A stretch of 61,106 bases of DNA from an uncultured virus (IMG/VR IMGVR_UViG_3300033553_000790). Taxonomy: Duplodnaviria > Heunggongvirae > Uroviricota > Caudoviricetes. The DNA is taken from IMG/VR virus record IMGVR_UViG_3300033553_000790, one strand, 5' to 3'. The notes under the pieces were generated by a model. That model ran no database searches. It was not told the origin of the DNA and saw nothing but the letters and a program-made list of their open reading frames with translations. Position numbers and translations under genes: made by a program. This document shows, piece by piece, positions 47,163-57,894 of this stretch. Position 1 is the first letter of the stretch, and every line of letters starts with the position of its first letter.

Positions 47163-47441
47163 ATGAGTACAAAAAGGAACGAGTATGAAATGATTACCCT
47201 TGCCAACGGTAAAAGAGAATCCATTCTTGATCTTCTGGAAAAACGCGGTAAGGATGCTACTATAAGTATCATCAATCCTGTTAATGGTAAGAAAATGAAT
47301 ATACAACTAGGGGCTATTTCACTGGTCGTCTTCGAGTTGAAATGCGGCTGCCAGGGTAAAGGCATTGCAGTCACCTCAACAGATACACTGTTTTGTAACA
47401 AGCACCAATCATTACAGCGCGTATCAAGAATAATTTCATAA
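47163..47441 (+). CDS. Small hypothetical protein (CGC...FCxxH)
   Basis: 92 aa ORF with AAGGAG RBS. Confidence 0.55.
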   Translation: MSTKRNEYEMITLANGKRESILDLLEKRGKDATISIINPVNGKKMNIQLGAISLVVFELKCGCQGKGIAVTSTDTLFCNKHQSLQRVSRIIS

Positions 47442-47503
47442 AAACAATAAGTGAATGAATGCAACTAATTCACAACTAGACAAGAAAAGGAGCGTGAGGA
47501 CTT

Positions 47504-48088
47504 ATGCATTCTACATTAGTACTTAACGCTACTTTTGAACCTATAAACATTTCTAGTTCAAGAAAAGCTGTGAAGAACATCATCCTTGGTAAGGCTGTTT
47601 CTGTTCTTGATAGCGAAGATAAGATCATGCATTCAAGTGACTACGAAATTGCTGTACCTTATGTTGTTCTGCTCACCAAGCAGGTTAGCTACTACCCTTA
47701 CAGCCGAAAGAGGAAAAACCGACCTTTCTCATTGAAGGGTGTCCTTGTTAGGGACGGTAAAACTTGTGTTTACTGTAGTAAAAGCGCTAACACAGTTGAC
47801 CACGTGTGGCCTAAAGATAAGGGCGGTAAAAGCACTTGGGAGAACTGCGTTGCCGCTTGCTCTAAATGTAACTCTGATAAGAGTAACAAAACTCTTGATG
47901 AGCTAGGTTGGGTATTGCCTTTCACACCAGGGGAGCCTAACCCTTGGTCTATGGGCTCACCGTATGTTGCGCTAGCGCGCAAAGCCCCTAACAGGAAGCT
48001 TCTGGATATATGGTTACCCTACATTGAGCGGTTTGACTCTAAAGTTATAACCGATGAGAGAATCGCTCGTATGCTCAAGATATCATAA
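47504..48088 (+). CDS. HNH endonuclease (McrA-like)
   Basis: LVLNATFEP, RDGKTCVYC, TVDHVWP..GG..WENCVAACSKCN. Confidence 0.9.
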   Translation: MHSTLVLNATFEPINISSSRKAVKNIILGKAVSVLDSEDKIMHSSDYEIAVPYVVLLTKQVSYYPYSRKRKNRPFSLKGVLVRDGKTCVYCSKSANTVDHVWPKDKGGKSTWENCVAACSKCNSDKSNKTLDELGWVLPFTPGEPNPWSMGSPYVALARKAPNRKLLDIWLPYIERFDSKVITDERIARMLKIS

Positions 48089-48253
48089 AGATGATACGCG
48101 CAGGGGAGAGAATAGTACATCTCCTCTGCGCGTATCTCTATTTATAAATAAGTAGGAATGACAGAGGTACATAAGAAATATGTTATAATTAGAAGAGATT
48201 TTGCCTATAGATATAGTACCTAAAAATGTTAAATTATTAGAATGAGTTTGTAA

Positions 48254-50455
48254 ATGGCCAATAACAATCAATCAGTTGTTCCGCACGAGTACTATGACCT
48301 GCCTTCAGAGCAAGCTGTCATAGCTAGTTTGCTGGCGGCAGATGAATCCACCGTGTATATAGAGGTCGGTAAAGTAGTGGAGATACTTCTAGCTGAAGAT
48401 TTCTATGGTGAAGCCAATAAGATAATTTACGATGAAATTGTGCGCCGGTTTGAATCCGGACAATCCATCAGCCCGATGTCGATTCTAGAATCGATACGAG
48501 CTAACGGCGATATGAACAAAATAGGCGGCGTGGAATATGTTAAGTCTATTCTAGACCCCAGCAACCTGTATTACTACCATGATGACGTAGAAACTTACGC
48601 TAGAATTGTTCTAGATGAATCTAAAAGAAGAAAACTATGGCGCATGGCCTTAGATATCCAAGCATCATCCCACCCTGACAGCGGTATTGGCGTTGGCGAG
48701 TCTATAACTCTAGCCGAAAGTACCATAAGAAGATTAGCTGATGACACAATCAAGACTGATGCTGTAAAGGTTAGTGAAATAACTGACGCAATGATGGAGC
48801 AGATAGAGCTTAGGAAAGACATCCCTGTTGGTGCCACAATTGGAATCCCCTCAGGCTTCATTGACTTAGACAGGAAAACTTCTGGGTGGAAACCAGGCCA
48901 GTTCATAATTGTTGCTGCTCGCCCCGGTATGGGTAAAGCTTTAGCTCTAGACACAGAAATTCCAACCCCTACCGGGTGGAGAACAATGGCGAAAATGAGG
49001 GAAGGCGATACGGTTTATTCCCCTAGTGGCTACCCTATTAAAGTTACACACGTAACGGAAGTTATGGAAGACCACGAATGTTTCGAAGTTGCGTTTTCTG
49101 ATGGCACAACTATAAAAGCAGATGCTGAGCACGAATGGGGAATTGGTAACGGTGATTTAGTTGAGGTATCTAACACTAAAGAGCTTTACTTGTCGTTACA
49201 AACAAACCCAAGAGCTCAACTTAGCATACCGCCTCACACGGCAACAACAGTTGATATAGCAGCCCTAACCCCCGAACAGCCCATAACGGTTGAAGTGGAC
49301 GTATATACAAGCATAAGCTGTGGAGATATACCCGAAATAAAGAACCCGTGGATTTTACCCTTAGGGTTAAGAAATTCTATGCTAAAAGACGCTAAAGATG
49401 CGCTTAAAGAATACGAAAATAACGCAACTTTCAACCCACAGGATGCCATGAAAGTTGAAGGGTGGATAAAAAACCTAGAAACATCAATGGGTATGCACAC
49501 TAAACGTTACATAACAGAAATTAGAAAAATAGATAGCGTACCTGTTAAATGTATACAAGTAGAATCAGAAGACCACTTCTACTTAGCAGGCAACTTCATA
49601 CCTACTCACAACTCAACCATTGCTTTGGACTTTGCTAGAGCAGCATCAATGCTAGCCCATAAAACAGTTGTTCTTTTCTCACTAGAGATGGGAAAAGAAG
49701 AGATACTTGAGAAAATAATTTCAGCAGAATCGCGCGTAGCGGCAGAGAACATAAAAACCGGTAACCTACTACCTGAACAGTGGAGAGACATACTTGAAGC
49801 TAAAGAGAAACTTGATAAAAGCAACCTTATCATTGACGATTCAGCAAACAGTGTTACATTAAGCCATATTAGAACCGTTCTTCAGAGGCAAAAATCAAGC
49901 CCTGAAGGTTTAGATATGGCTATCATAGACTACATCCAGCTGATGACAGGTGCCACTAGCCGCCAAGGGGAGAACAGACAGCAAGAAGTTTCAGAGCTCT
50001 CACGTGGCATTAAACTCTTAGCAAAAGAGCTACAAATACCAATATTTGGCCTAGCACAGCTAAACCGTGGACCTATGCAAAGAACAGATAAGCGACCGAT
50101 GGTCTCCGACCTTAGAGAATCTGGTTCTTTGGAGCAGGATGCTGACATGGTTCTTCTTATACACCGCCCTGAAGTTTACGATCCGAATGAGAGTGTAGGG
50201 ATAGCACTACTTGATGTAGCTAAACACAGAAATGGCTCGACAGGTGTTATACAGTTGAACAGCTTACTACATATCTCTAAATTCTCAAACGCCACAGGTA
50301 CTGTTGAGCAAAGAAACTTTGTTGAAGAAAAAGAGAAGACAATACAGGATAAAGCTGAGAAAGAAGAGAACTCTGACACTGAGGAAGAATATAGCGAAGA
50401 AGACATACCGCCTAAATATACTGCTCCACCTGAAAGCGGAGAACAAGCCTGGTAA
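48254..50455 (+). CDS. dnaB: Replicative DNA helicase DnaB, intein-containing
   Basis: EQAVI, AARPGMGK|S, FSLEM, IDYIQL, AQLNR, SDLRESGSLEQDAD, KHRNG. Confidence 0.95.
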   Translation: MANNNQSVVPHEYYDLPSEQAVIASLLAADESTVYIEVGKVVEILLAEDFYGEANKIIYDEIVRRFESGQSISPMSILESIRANGDMNKIGGVEYVKSILDPSNLYYYHDDVETYARIVLDESKRRKLWRMALDIQASSHPDSGIGVGESITLAESTIRRLADDTIKTDAVKVSEITDAMMEQIELRKDIPVGATIGIPSGFIDLDRKTSGWKPGQFIIVAARPGMGKALALDTEIPTPTGWRTMAKMREGDTVYSPSGYPIKVTHVTEVMEDHECFEVAFSDGTTIKADAEHEWGIGNGDLVEVSNTKELYLSLQTNPRAQLSIPPHTATTVDIAALTPEQPITVEVDVYTSISCGDIPEIKNPWILPLGLRNSMLKDAKDALKEYENNATFNPQDAMKVEGWIKNLETSMGMHTKRYITEIRKIDSVPVKCIQVESEDHFYLAGNFIPTHNSTIALDFARAASMLAHKTVVLFSLEMGKEEILEKIISAESRVAAENIKTGNLLPEQWRDILEAKEKLDKSNLIIDDSANSVTLSHIRTVLQRQKSSPEGLDMAIIDYIQLMTGATSRQGENRQQEVSELSRGIKLLAKELQIPIFGLAQLNRGPMQRTDKRPMVSDLRESGSLEQDADMVLLIHRPEVYDPNESVGIALLDVAKHRNGSTGVIQLNSLLHISKFSNATGTVEQRNFVEEKEKTIQDKAEKEENSDTEEEYSEEDIPPKYTAPPESGEQAW
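48938..49612 (+). mobile_element. 225-aa class 3 mini-intein in the DnaB P-loop
   Basis: Starts ALALDT after GK, block B HEW, block F VKCIQV, ends PTHN before Ser; no recognisable endonuclease. Confidence 0.9.
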
Positions 50456-50472
50456 GGGTTTATCTGAATAAC

Positions 50473-51657
50473 ATGAACCAATCAATCAAAGTAGACAGAA
50501 ACCACCGGTACACTGTGCAGGCTCTAGCTCTGTGCTTATCTGAAAATATACCAGTTGTTCTGTGGGGCTCACCCGGCACAGGCAAAACAACAACAATTAA
50601 CAAAATAGCTAAATCGCACAACCTTCATTTAGAAACCGTTATTGCTTCCATAAGGGAACCATCTGATTTCTTTGGGCTGCCTTATTTCGAAAACGGGTAC
50701 ACCCGGTCAGCTGCCCCTATCTGGGTTGGTAATGTATTAGGTAAGAAAAACGATGAAAATATAAACAGCATAGTATTCTATGATGAAATATCAACTGCCC
50801 CTCCCGCCACTCAAGCCGCGCTCCTCCGCCCAATTCTAGAAGGATATGTTGGGGATACAAAACTTCCTGATGGAACGCGAACAGTCGCAGCAGCCAACCC
50901 TCCTAACATAGCAGCTGATGGTTGGGAAATGTCGCCTCCAGCGGCTAACCGTTTTGTACACCTCGAATGGGAGCCCTCCCCACAAGATATAAGTAGGGGC
51001 TTCCTGGAGGGCTGGGAGAACGTAAGGATACCAGCTCCCGGCAATAAGGAATCTAGAATTAGAGCTTTAAAACTAGCAAAAAGAAGCGTGGGTGAATTTT
51101 TAGCGCGTAAACCAAAATATGCTTTACAGCTACCTAATGACACTAACTTATCTGAAGATGATTTCTCAGCATACGATTATGCGTTCCCCACCCCAAGAAG
51201 CTGGGAGATGGCAGCTAGACTTTATGCCGCATCAATGACCTCATATATTCAGTTAGACGAAGGCCAGAAGCAAGGTATAAATCAATCGGTTTTCATTACT
51301 TTGCTTAATGGATGCGTCGGGACTGACGCCGCTTTTGAATTCATAACATACCTGAGGGAATTAGATATCATGAGCCCCGATGAGGTTCTAAAAGACCCAT
51401 ATAATTGCGACATCCCAGACAGGGGTGATAAGCTAGAAGCACTTATCTCTGCCTTAGACGCACAAGTAAAATATAAGAACACTGACGAATATGATGCTGT
51501 TGCTATCTTCGTTTCTAGACTGATTGAGAAAGGGAAGGGCGAAGCTTCAATTATTTTACTACAGAAACTAGTTAATGAGAGGCCGAAAAACCATCTATGG
51601 CCCACGGAAGCTCATGATATTCTATCCGGATTCGCTAAGAAGATCCAGTTACTCTAA
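50473..51657 (+). CDS. MoxR-like AAA+ ATPase
   Basis: WGSPGTGKT, FYDEI, AAANP, NRFVH, PTPRSW. Confidence 0.88.
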   Translation: MNQSIKVDRNHRYTVQALALCLSENIPVVLWGSPGTGKTTTINKIAKSHNLHLETVIASIREPSDFFGLPYFENGYTRSAAPIWVGNVLGKKNDENINSIVFYDEISTAPPATQAALLRPILEGYVGDTKLPDGTRTVAAANPPNIAADGWEMSPPAANRFVHLEWEPSPQDISRGFLEGWENVRIPAPGNKESRIRALKLAKRSVGEFLARKPKYALQLPNDTNLSEDDFSAYDYAFPTPRSWEMAARLYAASMTSYIQLDEGQKQGINQSVFITLLNGCVGTDAAFEFITYLRELDIMSPDEVLKDPYNCDIPDRGDKLEALISALDAQVKYKNTDEYDAVAIFVSRLIEKGKGEASIILLQKLVNERPKNHLWPTEAHDILSGFAKKIQLL

Positions 51658-51672
51658 AATAGGCGGTGAATC

Positions 51673-53241
51673 GTGGATACACAGGAGAAAATATTTCTCG
51701 CTAAAATATTAGCTTTGAAAGAACAACCTTACCTCAGAAGTATAGTATCATCTATGAAAGCCGTTATGATAGATGATTTCCCAGGGCTTACTATATCTGT
51801 AGACGTAGACTGGAACTTAAATTATAACCCTGATTTCATAGATTCTTTAGAGGTATATGAATGTGCTTCCCTTATCCTCCATGAAGCTTACCACATAGTG
51901 TATAACCACTCTGAGAGGTTCTTGAATTATAAGCTACCAACCACCTCACACATGCTGTGGAACGAAGCTGGCGACGCTGTAATAAATGCTGAGCTTATAG
52001 ACTCAGGCGTAGATTTCGGGTCTTTATCGCCTATAGTTGCTGGCGAATATAGTAAATACCCCCACTGGCAGAAAGGGCAAGCTACTGAAGAGATGTTCTT
52101 CTCTGTTTATTCTAATGGTAACGGAAATAAAGAAGGCGGAGGAGAAGAGAGCGGTGATGAGAGCGGAGAGGAAAACAAGTCCGAATCTGAACAGAACGAG
52201 GGTGGTGGCAATAAACAAAATGACAGCCAGGACAGCGAAAGTAGCGCAAAGTCTTCTGACGAATCGGATGAAAACAACGAAAATAATGAAGGTCAACAGG
52301 GATCTGGCGGAGAGCAAAAATCTGACGGCGATCAAAAAGAAAGCGAAAAGCAGAGATCTGAAGGCAACCAACAGGGCTCTGACGGAGAGCAAAATCCTGA
52401 AGGCAGCCAAAAAGAAGATAAAAAGCAGCGCAATAGCCCAAGCGATGGCGAATGCGGTAGTATAGCCGATGGGGTAAAGAGGGAATGGGAAGGCACTTCT
52501 GAGGAGCAACAAAAACTTGAAGAGTATGATAAAACTTTAACTATAAATAAATTAACTAAAGATGTAATCGAGGCGGAGAGGCATAACCCCGGAACTGTTC
52601 CCGGAGGCATGTTTGAACAGCTTAACTTGATTAACAAGTCAACCATAAACTGGCGGAAAATTCTAGAACATAAAATACGCACTAAAATTGCAACTGTCTC
52701 AGGGGCGAGAAACTACACATATTCACGTCCGTCTAGAAGGTCTACAGCAGCTATGAGTATTTCCGATAAAAAGATTTTTATGCCAGCGATAAGAGGCTAC
52801 AAGAATCCGTCAATAGCTTTTGTCCTTGACACCTCAGGCTCTATGGATAAAAAAGATCTAGCTCAAGCTTTAGGTGAGATAGATAAAGTAGTGAAAGATT
52901 TGAGAATCAGGGCTGTCAACGTTGTCCAGTGCGACACTGCTGCTCATGTTTATAAGAATGTGAAATCAGTAAAGGATTTAATACCTCATGGTCGTGGGGG
53001 GACTAACATGGCTGAAGGTATAAAAGCTGTAGCGGAGAGTATTAAACCAACCCCAGATATAATTGTCATAGTAACAGATGGATACACTCCGTGGCCTAAA
53101 AAACCTTACCCTGTTTTGCGAAATACTGTTCATATTGCCTGTATCGTCACCCCTAAGAGCAAAACCGTCTTAAGCGCTTCCGATATAACATCTAGAATAA
53201 AAGCGCCGAATTATATAACCATAATTCCGGTAATTTTCTAG
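51673..53241 (+). CDS. DUF2201-like metallopeptidase plus vWA domain protein
   Basis: HEAYH..H, WN.AGD..IN, DTSGSM MIDAS, GRGGT, TDG. Confidence 0.88.
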   Translation: MDTQEKIFLAKILALKEQPYLRSIVSSMKAVMIDDFPGLTISVDVDWNLNYNPDFIDSLEVYECASLILHEAYHIVYNHSERFLNYKLPTTSHMLWNEAGDAVINAELIDSGVDFGSLSPIVAGEYSKYPHWQKGQATEEMFFSVYSNGNGNKEGGGEESGDESGEENKSESEQNEGGGNKQNDSQDSESSAKSSDESDENNENNEGQQGSGGEQKSDGDQKESEKQRSEGNQQGSDGEQNPEGSQKEDKKQRNSPSDGECGSIADGVKREWEGTSEEQQKLEEYDKTLTINKLTKDVIEAERHNPGTVPGGMFEQLNLINKSTINWRKILEHKIRTKIATVSGARNYTYSRPSRRSTAAMSISDKKIFMPAIRGYKNPSIAFVLDTSGSMDKKDLAQALGEIDKVVKDLRIRAVNVVQCDTAAHVYKNVKSVKDLIPHGRGGTNMAEGIKAVAESIKPTPDIIVIVTDGYTPWPKKPYPVLRNTVHIACIVTPKSKTVLSASDITSRIKAPNYITIIPVIF

Positions 53242-53253
53242 GAGCTGGTTAAT

Positions 53254-54234
53254 TTGTTTTCTGCCGAAGTATTATTAGATAGTATCAACTCAACAGGCCG
53301 TCGTGTAACAACGTTTCGGTTAGAGTACCCAAGAGTTATTAACGTAGAACTATTCTCGCACAGGGTTTTCTCCAGAAATACAAAATCAACTAGGGAAATG
53401 CCCGTCAAAGAAGTAATATTGCGCGCCGTTGATGACCCCTACATACCTCAGCCTTTTGGAAGAAACCAAGCAGATATGCCAGGCTACGCTATAATCCCCG
53501 AAGATGACCAACACATTGAAGAGATACTTCGGAACAAAAAAGAAAGAATAAACTATGTTGTTATCAGCTGCGCCAGCGATCTTGTAGGTAGAAAGGCAAC
53601 ATCTCATTTGAGGGAATATTTCAAAGATAATGACGGCGAATTAGATGAAGAGTACCTCTCTAACTTATTGGATGGCTATCAACACAGGTTAGATTACGAT
53701 AGTTTTTCTGATACTGACATAAACTTACACCGCCAACTAATAAATCGTGACTTAGAACCTTACTTATGGGCAAACACTATACTCACTGGAGATGATTTCG
53801 ACAACTTCTTTGCCTTGAGAAACGATTACGAGGCCGATCCAGCTATACAGGTTTTAGCAGCAAAGATGCAAGAAGCATATAACGACTCTTCCCCTGAGAA
53901 ACTAGCTAAAGGTGTATGGCATCTGCCTCTTCTAACCCAAGAGGAAAAAGAGGATTCGGTTATGATGGGTCCGGACAGCACTTATTGGGCGATGGTAAGC
54001 GCCGGAAGATGTGACTTACAGCCAAAAGACATAACTGTTGATTATAAAGACCCTGACGAATATCACCAGAGAGCTGAGCACATAGCCCACATAGGGCATT
54101 TATCTCCCCTAGAACATCCATGCCAGAACCTCGATAATGATAAAACCGTAGGCAATCTCCGAGGCTGGAAACAAGTCAGGAAATTCATTAAAGATGAAGA
54201 CAACTTTGCTTTAGCATCTCAAAAAATACTATAG
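53254..54234 (+). CDS. ThyX-like (FAD-dependent thymidylate synthase family) protein, phage type
   Basis: TTFRLEYPR..EL.SHRVFSRN, NR.LEP, NFFALR, H.SP.EH motifs. Confidence 0.7.
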   Translation: MFSAEVLLDSINSTGRRVTTFRLEYPRVINVELFSHRVFSRNTKSTREMPVKEVILRAVDDPYIPQPFGRNQADMPGYAIIPEDDQHIEEILRNKKERINYVVISCASDLVGRKATSHLREYFKDNDGELDEEYLSNLLDGYQHRLDYDSFSDTDINLHRQLINRDLEPYLWANTILTGDDFDNFFALRNDYEADPAIQVLAAKMQEAYNDSSPEKLAKGVWHLPLLTQEEKEDSVMMGPDSTYWAMVSAGRCDLQPKDITVDYKDPDEYHQRAEHIAHIGHLSPLEHPCQNLDNDKTVGNLRGWKQVRKFIKDEDNFALASQKIL

Positions 54235-54257
54235 AAATTTAAGGTTAACAATAAAAA

Positions 54258-55955
54258 ATGACTCAGTTGCGTAAATGGCAGGTTGAAGCTCTAGAAACAT
54301 ACAGAACAAAAAATAGTAGAGATTTTCTGTTAGTTGCCACCCCCGGAGCGGGGAAAACAACGTTCGCCCTCACTGTAGCGCGTAAATTAATGAACGTGGG
54401 AGCTGTTACTTCCATAATTATTGTTGCCCCAACAGATCATTTAAGGAACCAGTGGGCTGACGCGGCTATAGAGTTCAACATTTTTATTGATTCTACATTA
54501 AAGAACTCTGAGGGTTTACTTAACGATGAATATGACGGCTACGTGTGTACGTACGCACAGGTAGCGTCAGCTCCAGCTGTACATGCTAAAAGAGCTAACT
54601 TAAATCCAAGTAGAACTTTAGTAATCTTTGATGAGATACACCACGCCGGAGATGGCCAAACGTGGGGTGAGGCTGTTAAGGTTTCTTTCGAAGGTGTATC
54701 CAGAAGGCTTTGTCTAACAGGAACCCCTTTTCGAACATCTGACGCTTCTGCCATACCGTTTATTAAATATGAACCGTCAAGAGATGACGATAAGCTTTTA
54801 GAATGTAAACCTGATTACGAATATGGGTACAAGCACGCACTTAAAGATGGAGTTGTTAGGCCAGTTACATTTGCTGCTTACAGTGGTATATCAACCTGGA
54901 CTAACAGCGCCGGAGAAGCCTTCAGCGCCTCCCTGAGTAACGAAGATGATGATAATGGTGAGCTGGAACGCCAAGCGTGGTTAACTGCCTTAAACCCTAG
55001 AGGGCAGTGGCTACCTAACGTGATAGGGGCTGCCGATAAAAGGCTGGAACGTATTAAAGTGTACAAGCCAGAAGCAGCAGGCATGATCTTAGCATCTGAT
55101 CAAGACAGCGCTAAAGCTTACGCTAAAATATTAAAAGCAGTTACCGGTAAAACAGCTACTTTAGTGCTCAGTGAAGACAGTAAAGCTTCAGATAAGATAA
55201 GCTACTTCAAGGATTCTAAAGACCCTAAAGACGACTGGCTGGTTGCCGTGAGAATGGTTTCCGAAGGTGTTGACGTACCAAGGCTAGCGGTTGGCGTTTG
55301 GGCAACCAACTATAGGACACCATTATTTTTCGCTCAAGCAATAGGTAGATTCGTACGTATTCAAAATAAACATGAAATAGCTACTATATTCATTCCCGCC
55401 GTTAAGCCTATTCTTGCCTTAGCTTCAGACATGGAATATGAACGCCGCCATGTACTTTCCCCACAGCAGGAAAAAGAGCTTGAAGAAGGGTCTTTTGAAA
55501 TCACCGAAGACGAGGATGATGAACGCAACTATGACCTTAACAAAATCAACCCTATTGATTCTGAAGCTGAGTTCACCGCTGTTATACAAGATGGGAAGTT
55601 TGTTCCAATTTATGAGTTTGATGGGTTAACAGAAGCTGAACAGAATTTCTTAGGGTTCACCGGAATACTGAATGAGCAGCAAGCAAAAGGGCTCCTGAGC
55701 CAGTACCGCAAGAAGCATCCGAGAGCAGATGCCGCGCCTAAAGAAAAAGGGAAGAGCAAATGGGTTTCACCTAAAGAAAGATTACAACTCAGAAGAGACA
55801 TAAGTAAGCTAGTTAACAAAATAGCAGCGCGCACAGCAAAAACTCATGCTGAAATACATAAAGCTCTCATATCATCAATTCCCGGCCCACCCAGCCCTAA
55901 GGCTAATCCAAACACTCTACATAAGAGAATTGAATGGCTTGAGAACAATAGTTAA
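54258..55955 (+). CDS. Superfamily 2 (DEAD/DEAH-like) helicase, actinobacterial type
   Basis: ATPGAGKT, DEIHH, TGTPFR, SEGVDVPR, QAIGRFVR. Confidence 0.9.
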   Translation: MTQLRKWQVEALETYRTKNSRDFLLVATPGAGKTTFALTVARKLMNVGAVTSIIIVAPTDHLRNQWADAAIEFNIFIDSTLKNSEGLLNDEYDGYVCTYAQVASAPAVHAKRANLNPSRTLVIFDEIHHAGDGQTWGEAVKVSFEGVSRRLCLTGTPFRTSDASAIPFIKYEPSRDDDKLLECKPDYEYGYKHALKDGVVRPVTFAAYSGISTWTNSAGEAFSASLSNEDDDNGELERQAWLTALNPRGQWLPNVIGAADKRLERIKVYKPEAAGMILASDQDSAKAYAKILKAVTGKTATLVLSEDSKASDKISYFKDSKDPKDDWLVAVRMVSEGVDVPRLAVGVWATNYRTPLFFAQAIGRFVRIQNKHEIATIFIPAVKPILALASDMEYERRHVLSPQQEKELEEGSFEITEDEDDERNYDLNKINPIDSEAEFTAVIQDGKFVPIYEFDGLTEAEQNFLGFTGILNEQQAKGLLSQYRKKHPRADAAPKEKGKSKWVSPKERLQLRRDISKLVNKIAARTAKTHAEIHKALISSIPGPPSPKANPNTLHKRIEWLENNS

Positions 55956-55974
55956 GCCGATATTTGTTATCAAT

Positions 55975-57867
55975 ATGAAATCACTTAAAATACGTTCACG
56001 ATACGCAGTTACAGCGATCACATCAGCAATAATTCTAGCGTCAAGCTTCTCTAATGCTGCCGCTGATGTGAGCGTTAGCGCCCCCACATTAAGAACCCTC
56101 GCTAACGATTACTTTAATTCATCAGTTCTAGTCTGGCAGCAACAAACTAACCTGATACAATCAAGCCAAGCTATAAAACAGAAAAGACTTGATTTGAATG
56201 TATCTGAGAATATTTATTCGGACGTGACAAGCAAAATCGCTGTACAAAAAGAATACTTAGATGAACTGCAGTCAGGTTATTCTGAGCTTGCCCGTGAAGC
56301 TTACCGGAACGGATATTACAACAAGAACGAAAGTGTTAACATTTTCGAAGCCTTCGGCAAAGGGCCTAACGAATATGTGAGATATTCGGAAGGTAAAAAC
56401 GCCCTTGCGCAGGCCACATCAGCGACTTTAGGGGATTATGACAAAGCGTCTAAAATATATGATGAGCTTAAAATAAAACAGTCAGTGAGCTTAAATAATG
56501 TCAACACATTTAGAAAAGAGCTGAATCTAGCGGAAGAAAAATATATCTCTGACACATCTAACTTAGATGCTATGAAAAACGATGAGTTAATATCTTTTAT
56601 CAGCATGAGCTCAGAACGAAATGAAACTCTAACTTATAGTGACATACAGAACGGGCAAGCCAAAGTACCTGATGATGTAGACGCAATATTCAAAAACATA
56701 ATCAATATATCTGCTGGCAACGTTAAACATGTAAAAGATTTAGGCTCAAGCTACAAAGATAACAGCTGCTCAACTTTTGATGAAAAAAATATTTTAGCAA
56801 CAACAAATACTGATGTTACACTAAAAGTAAACACTAATATTTTCTCAGCATCACCTGGAGATACCGTATATTTTCTTAACCGCAATAAAGATACTATAAC
56901 TTCTGTGGGTGAGTATGCGGGGTACGGTTGGGCTATCACATCTTCCCCAAGGAGCGGTATAGTTTCGTTCGCCAGAACCCAGCCTGATTATGTTCTAATT
57001 AGTAGTTCCGATGATGAGCTCAACTCAAAGGAAGTAAAATTAACCCAAAACATTTCCTGTACTGTTGACCCGTGGTTATTACAGTATGATTTATTCGAAA
57101 CGGTAGATGCGTCATCTCTTGAGCAAATAAATGATAGCAGCTACGCATATGCCGCCACAGTAAACGTTGCCTCCGAAATAGAAAGCCCCATTAGCGGCGC
57201 TGTAATAAACACAGAAAATAACAGACTAGTTATACAAGGCATATTATCTCCTTATAAAATAACATATGAGAACATTACAACCCCTTACAAAGTAGGGGAT
57301 TATTTAGAGAAGGGAAGTGCGCTCAAAATCTACCCTGCAACATTATCAGATGATAATCAGTCAGCGGCCACAGTGAGCCTCCAGCTTGATAGTATAATAA
57401 CCCAAAGGGCGTCAATACAAAAGAGGGCATCGTTAAAGGATACTTTACAGCGCAATTACTTCGCACTCCACAATGAAGCAATATATAGTAACGGTATGCT
57501 TCCGGATGACTACTTATGTGACTACGATCAATTCAAACTAAGATGTGATGCTAGTATTATGTTAAAAGAGTTAAATATTGCTTATAAAAAACAATTTGGG
57601 AGCGATATACCTGTAGGCAACACTTACCGTACTTATGAAGGCCAAGTTATTTGTCAAGCAGAAAAAGGAAGGATGTGCGCCACTCCCGGAGAATCTAAAC
57701 ACGGTTTAGGCCTTGCTGTAGATTTCTCGCCCCCTCTCAACGTATATAACTCCGCTGAACATAACTGGATGCTGGCGAATGCTAGCAAATATGGTTGGGA
57801 ACTTCCGGAATGGGCTCAACTAGGTGGAGTAAAAGAAGAGCCATGGCATTGGGAATTCGTATGGTAA
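55975..57867 (+). CDS. Secreted cell-wall hydrolase with C-terminal M15/VanY-like peptidase
   Basis: Signal peptide from ATG 55975, coiled coil, YRTY, PGESKHGLGLAVD, EPWHWEF. Confidence 0.8.
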   Translation: MKSLKIRSRYAVTAITSAIILASSFSNAAADVSVSAPTLRTLANDYFNSSVLVWQQQTNLIQSSQAIKQKRLDLNVSENIYSDVTSKIAVQKEYLDELQSGYSELAREAYRNGYYNKNESVNIFEAFGKGPNEYVRYSEGKNALAQATSATLGDYDKASKIYDELKIKQSVSLNNVNTFRKELNLAEEKYISDTSNLDAMKNDELISFISMSSERNETLTYSDIQNGQAKVPDDVDAIFKNIINISAGNVKHVKDLGSSYKDNSCSTFDEKNILATTNTDVTLKVNTNIFSASPGDTVYFLNRNKDTITSVGEYAGYGWAITSSPRSGIVSFARTQPDYVLISSSDDELNSKEVKLTQNISCTVDPWLLQYDLFETVDASSLEQINDSSYAYAATVNVASEIESPISGAVINTENNRLVIQGILSPYKITYENITTPYKVGDYLEKGSALKIYPATLSDDNQSAATVSLQLDSIITQRASIQKRASLKDTLQRNYFALHNEAIYSNGMLPDDYLCDYDQFKLRCDASIMLKELNIAYKKQFGSDIPVGNTYRTYEGQVICQAEKGRMCATPGESKHGLGLAVDFSPPLNVYNSAEHNWMLANASKYGWELPEWAQLGGVKEEPWHWEFVW

Positions 57868-57894
57868 AACGCGATTTAAGATTTGAGGAAAAAT

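Noticed and set aside
52024..52512. Alternative-frame ORFs in the vWA gene linker
   Set aside because: Low-complexity linker lacking stops by composition; no RBS or motifs.
55846..55974. N-terminal 43 aa of the 673-aa ORF
   Set aside because: Overlaps the helicase gene; the signal peptide and CCGATA motif point to ATG 55975.
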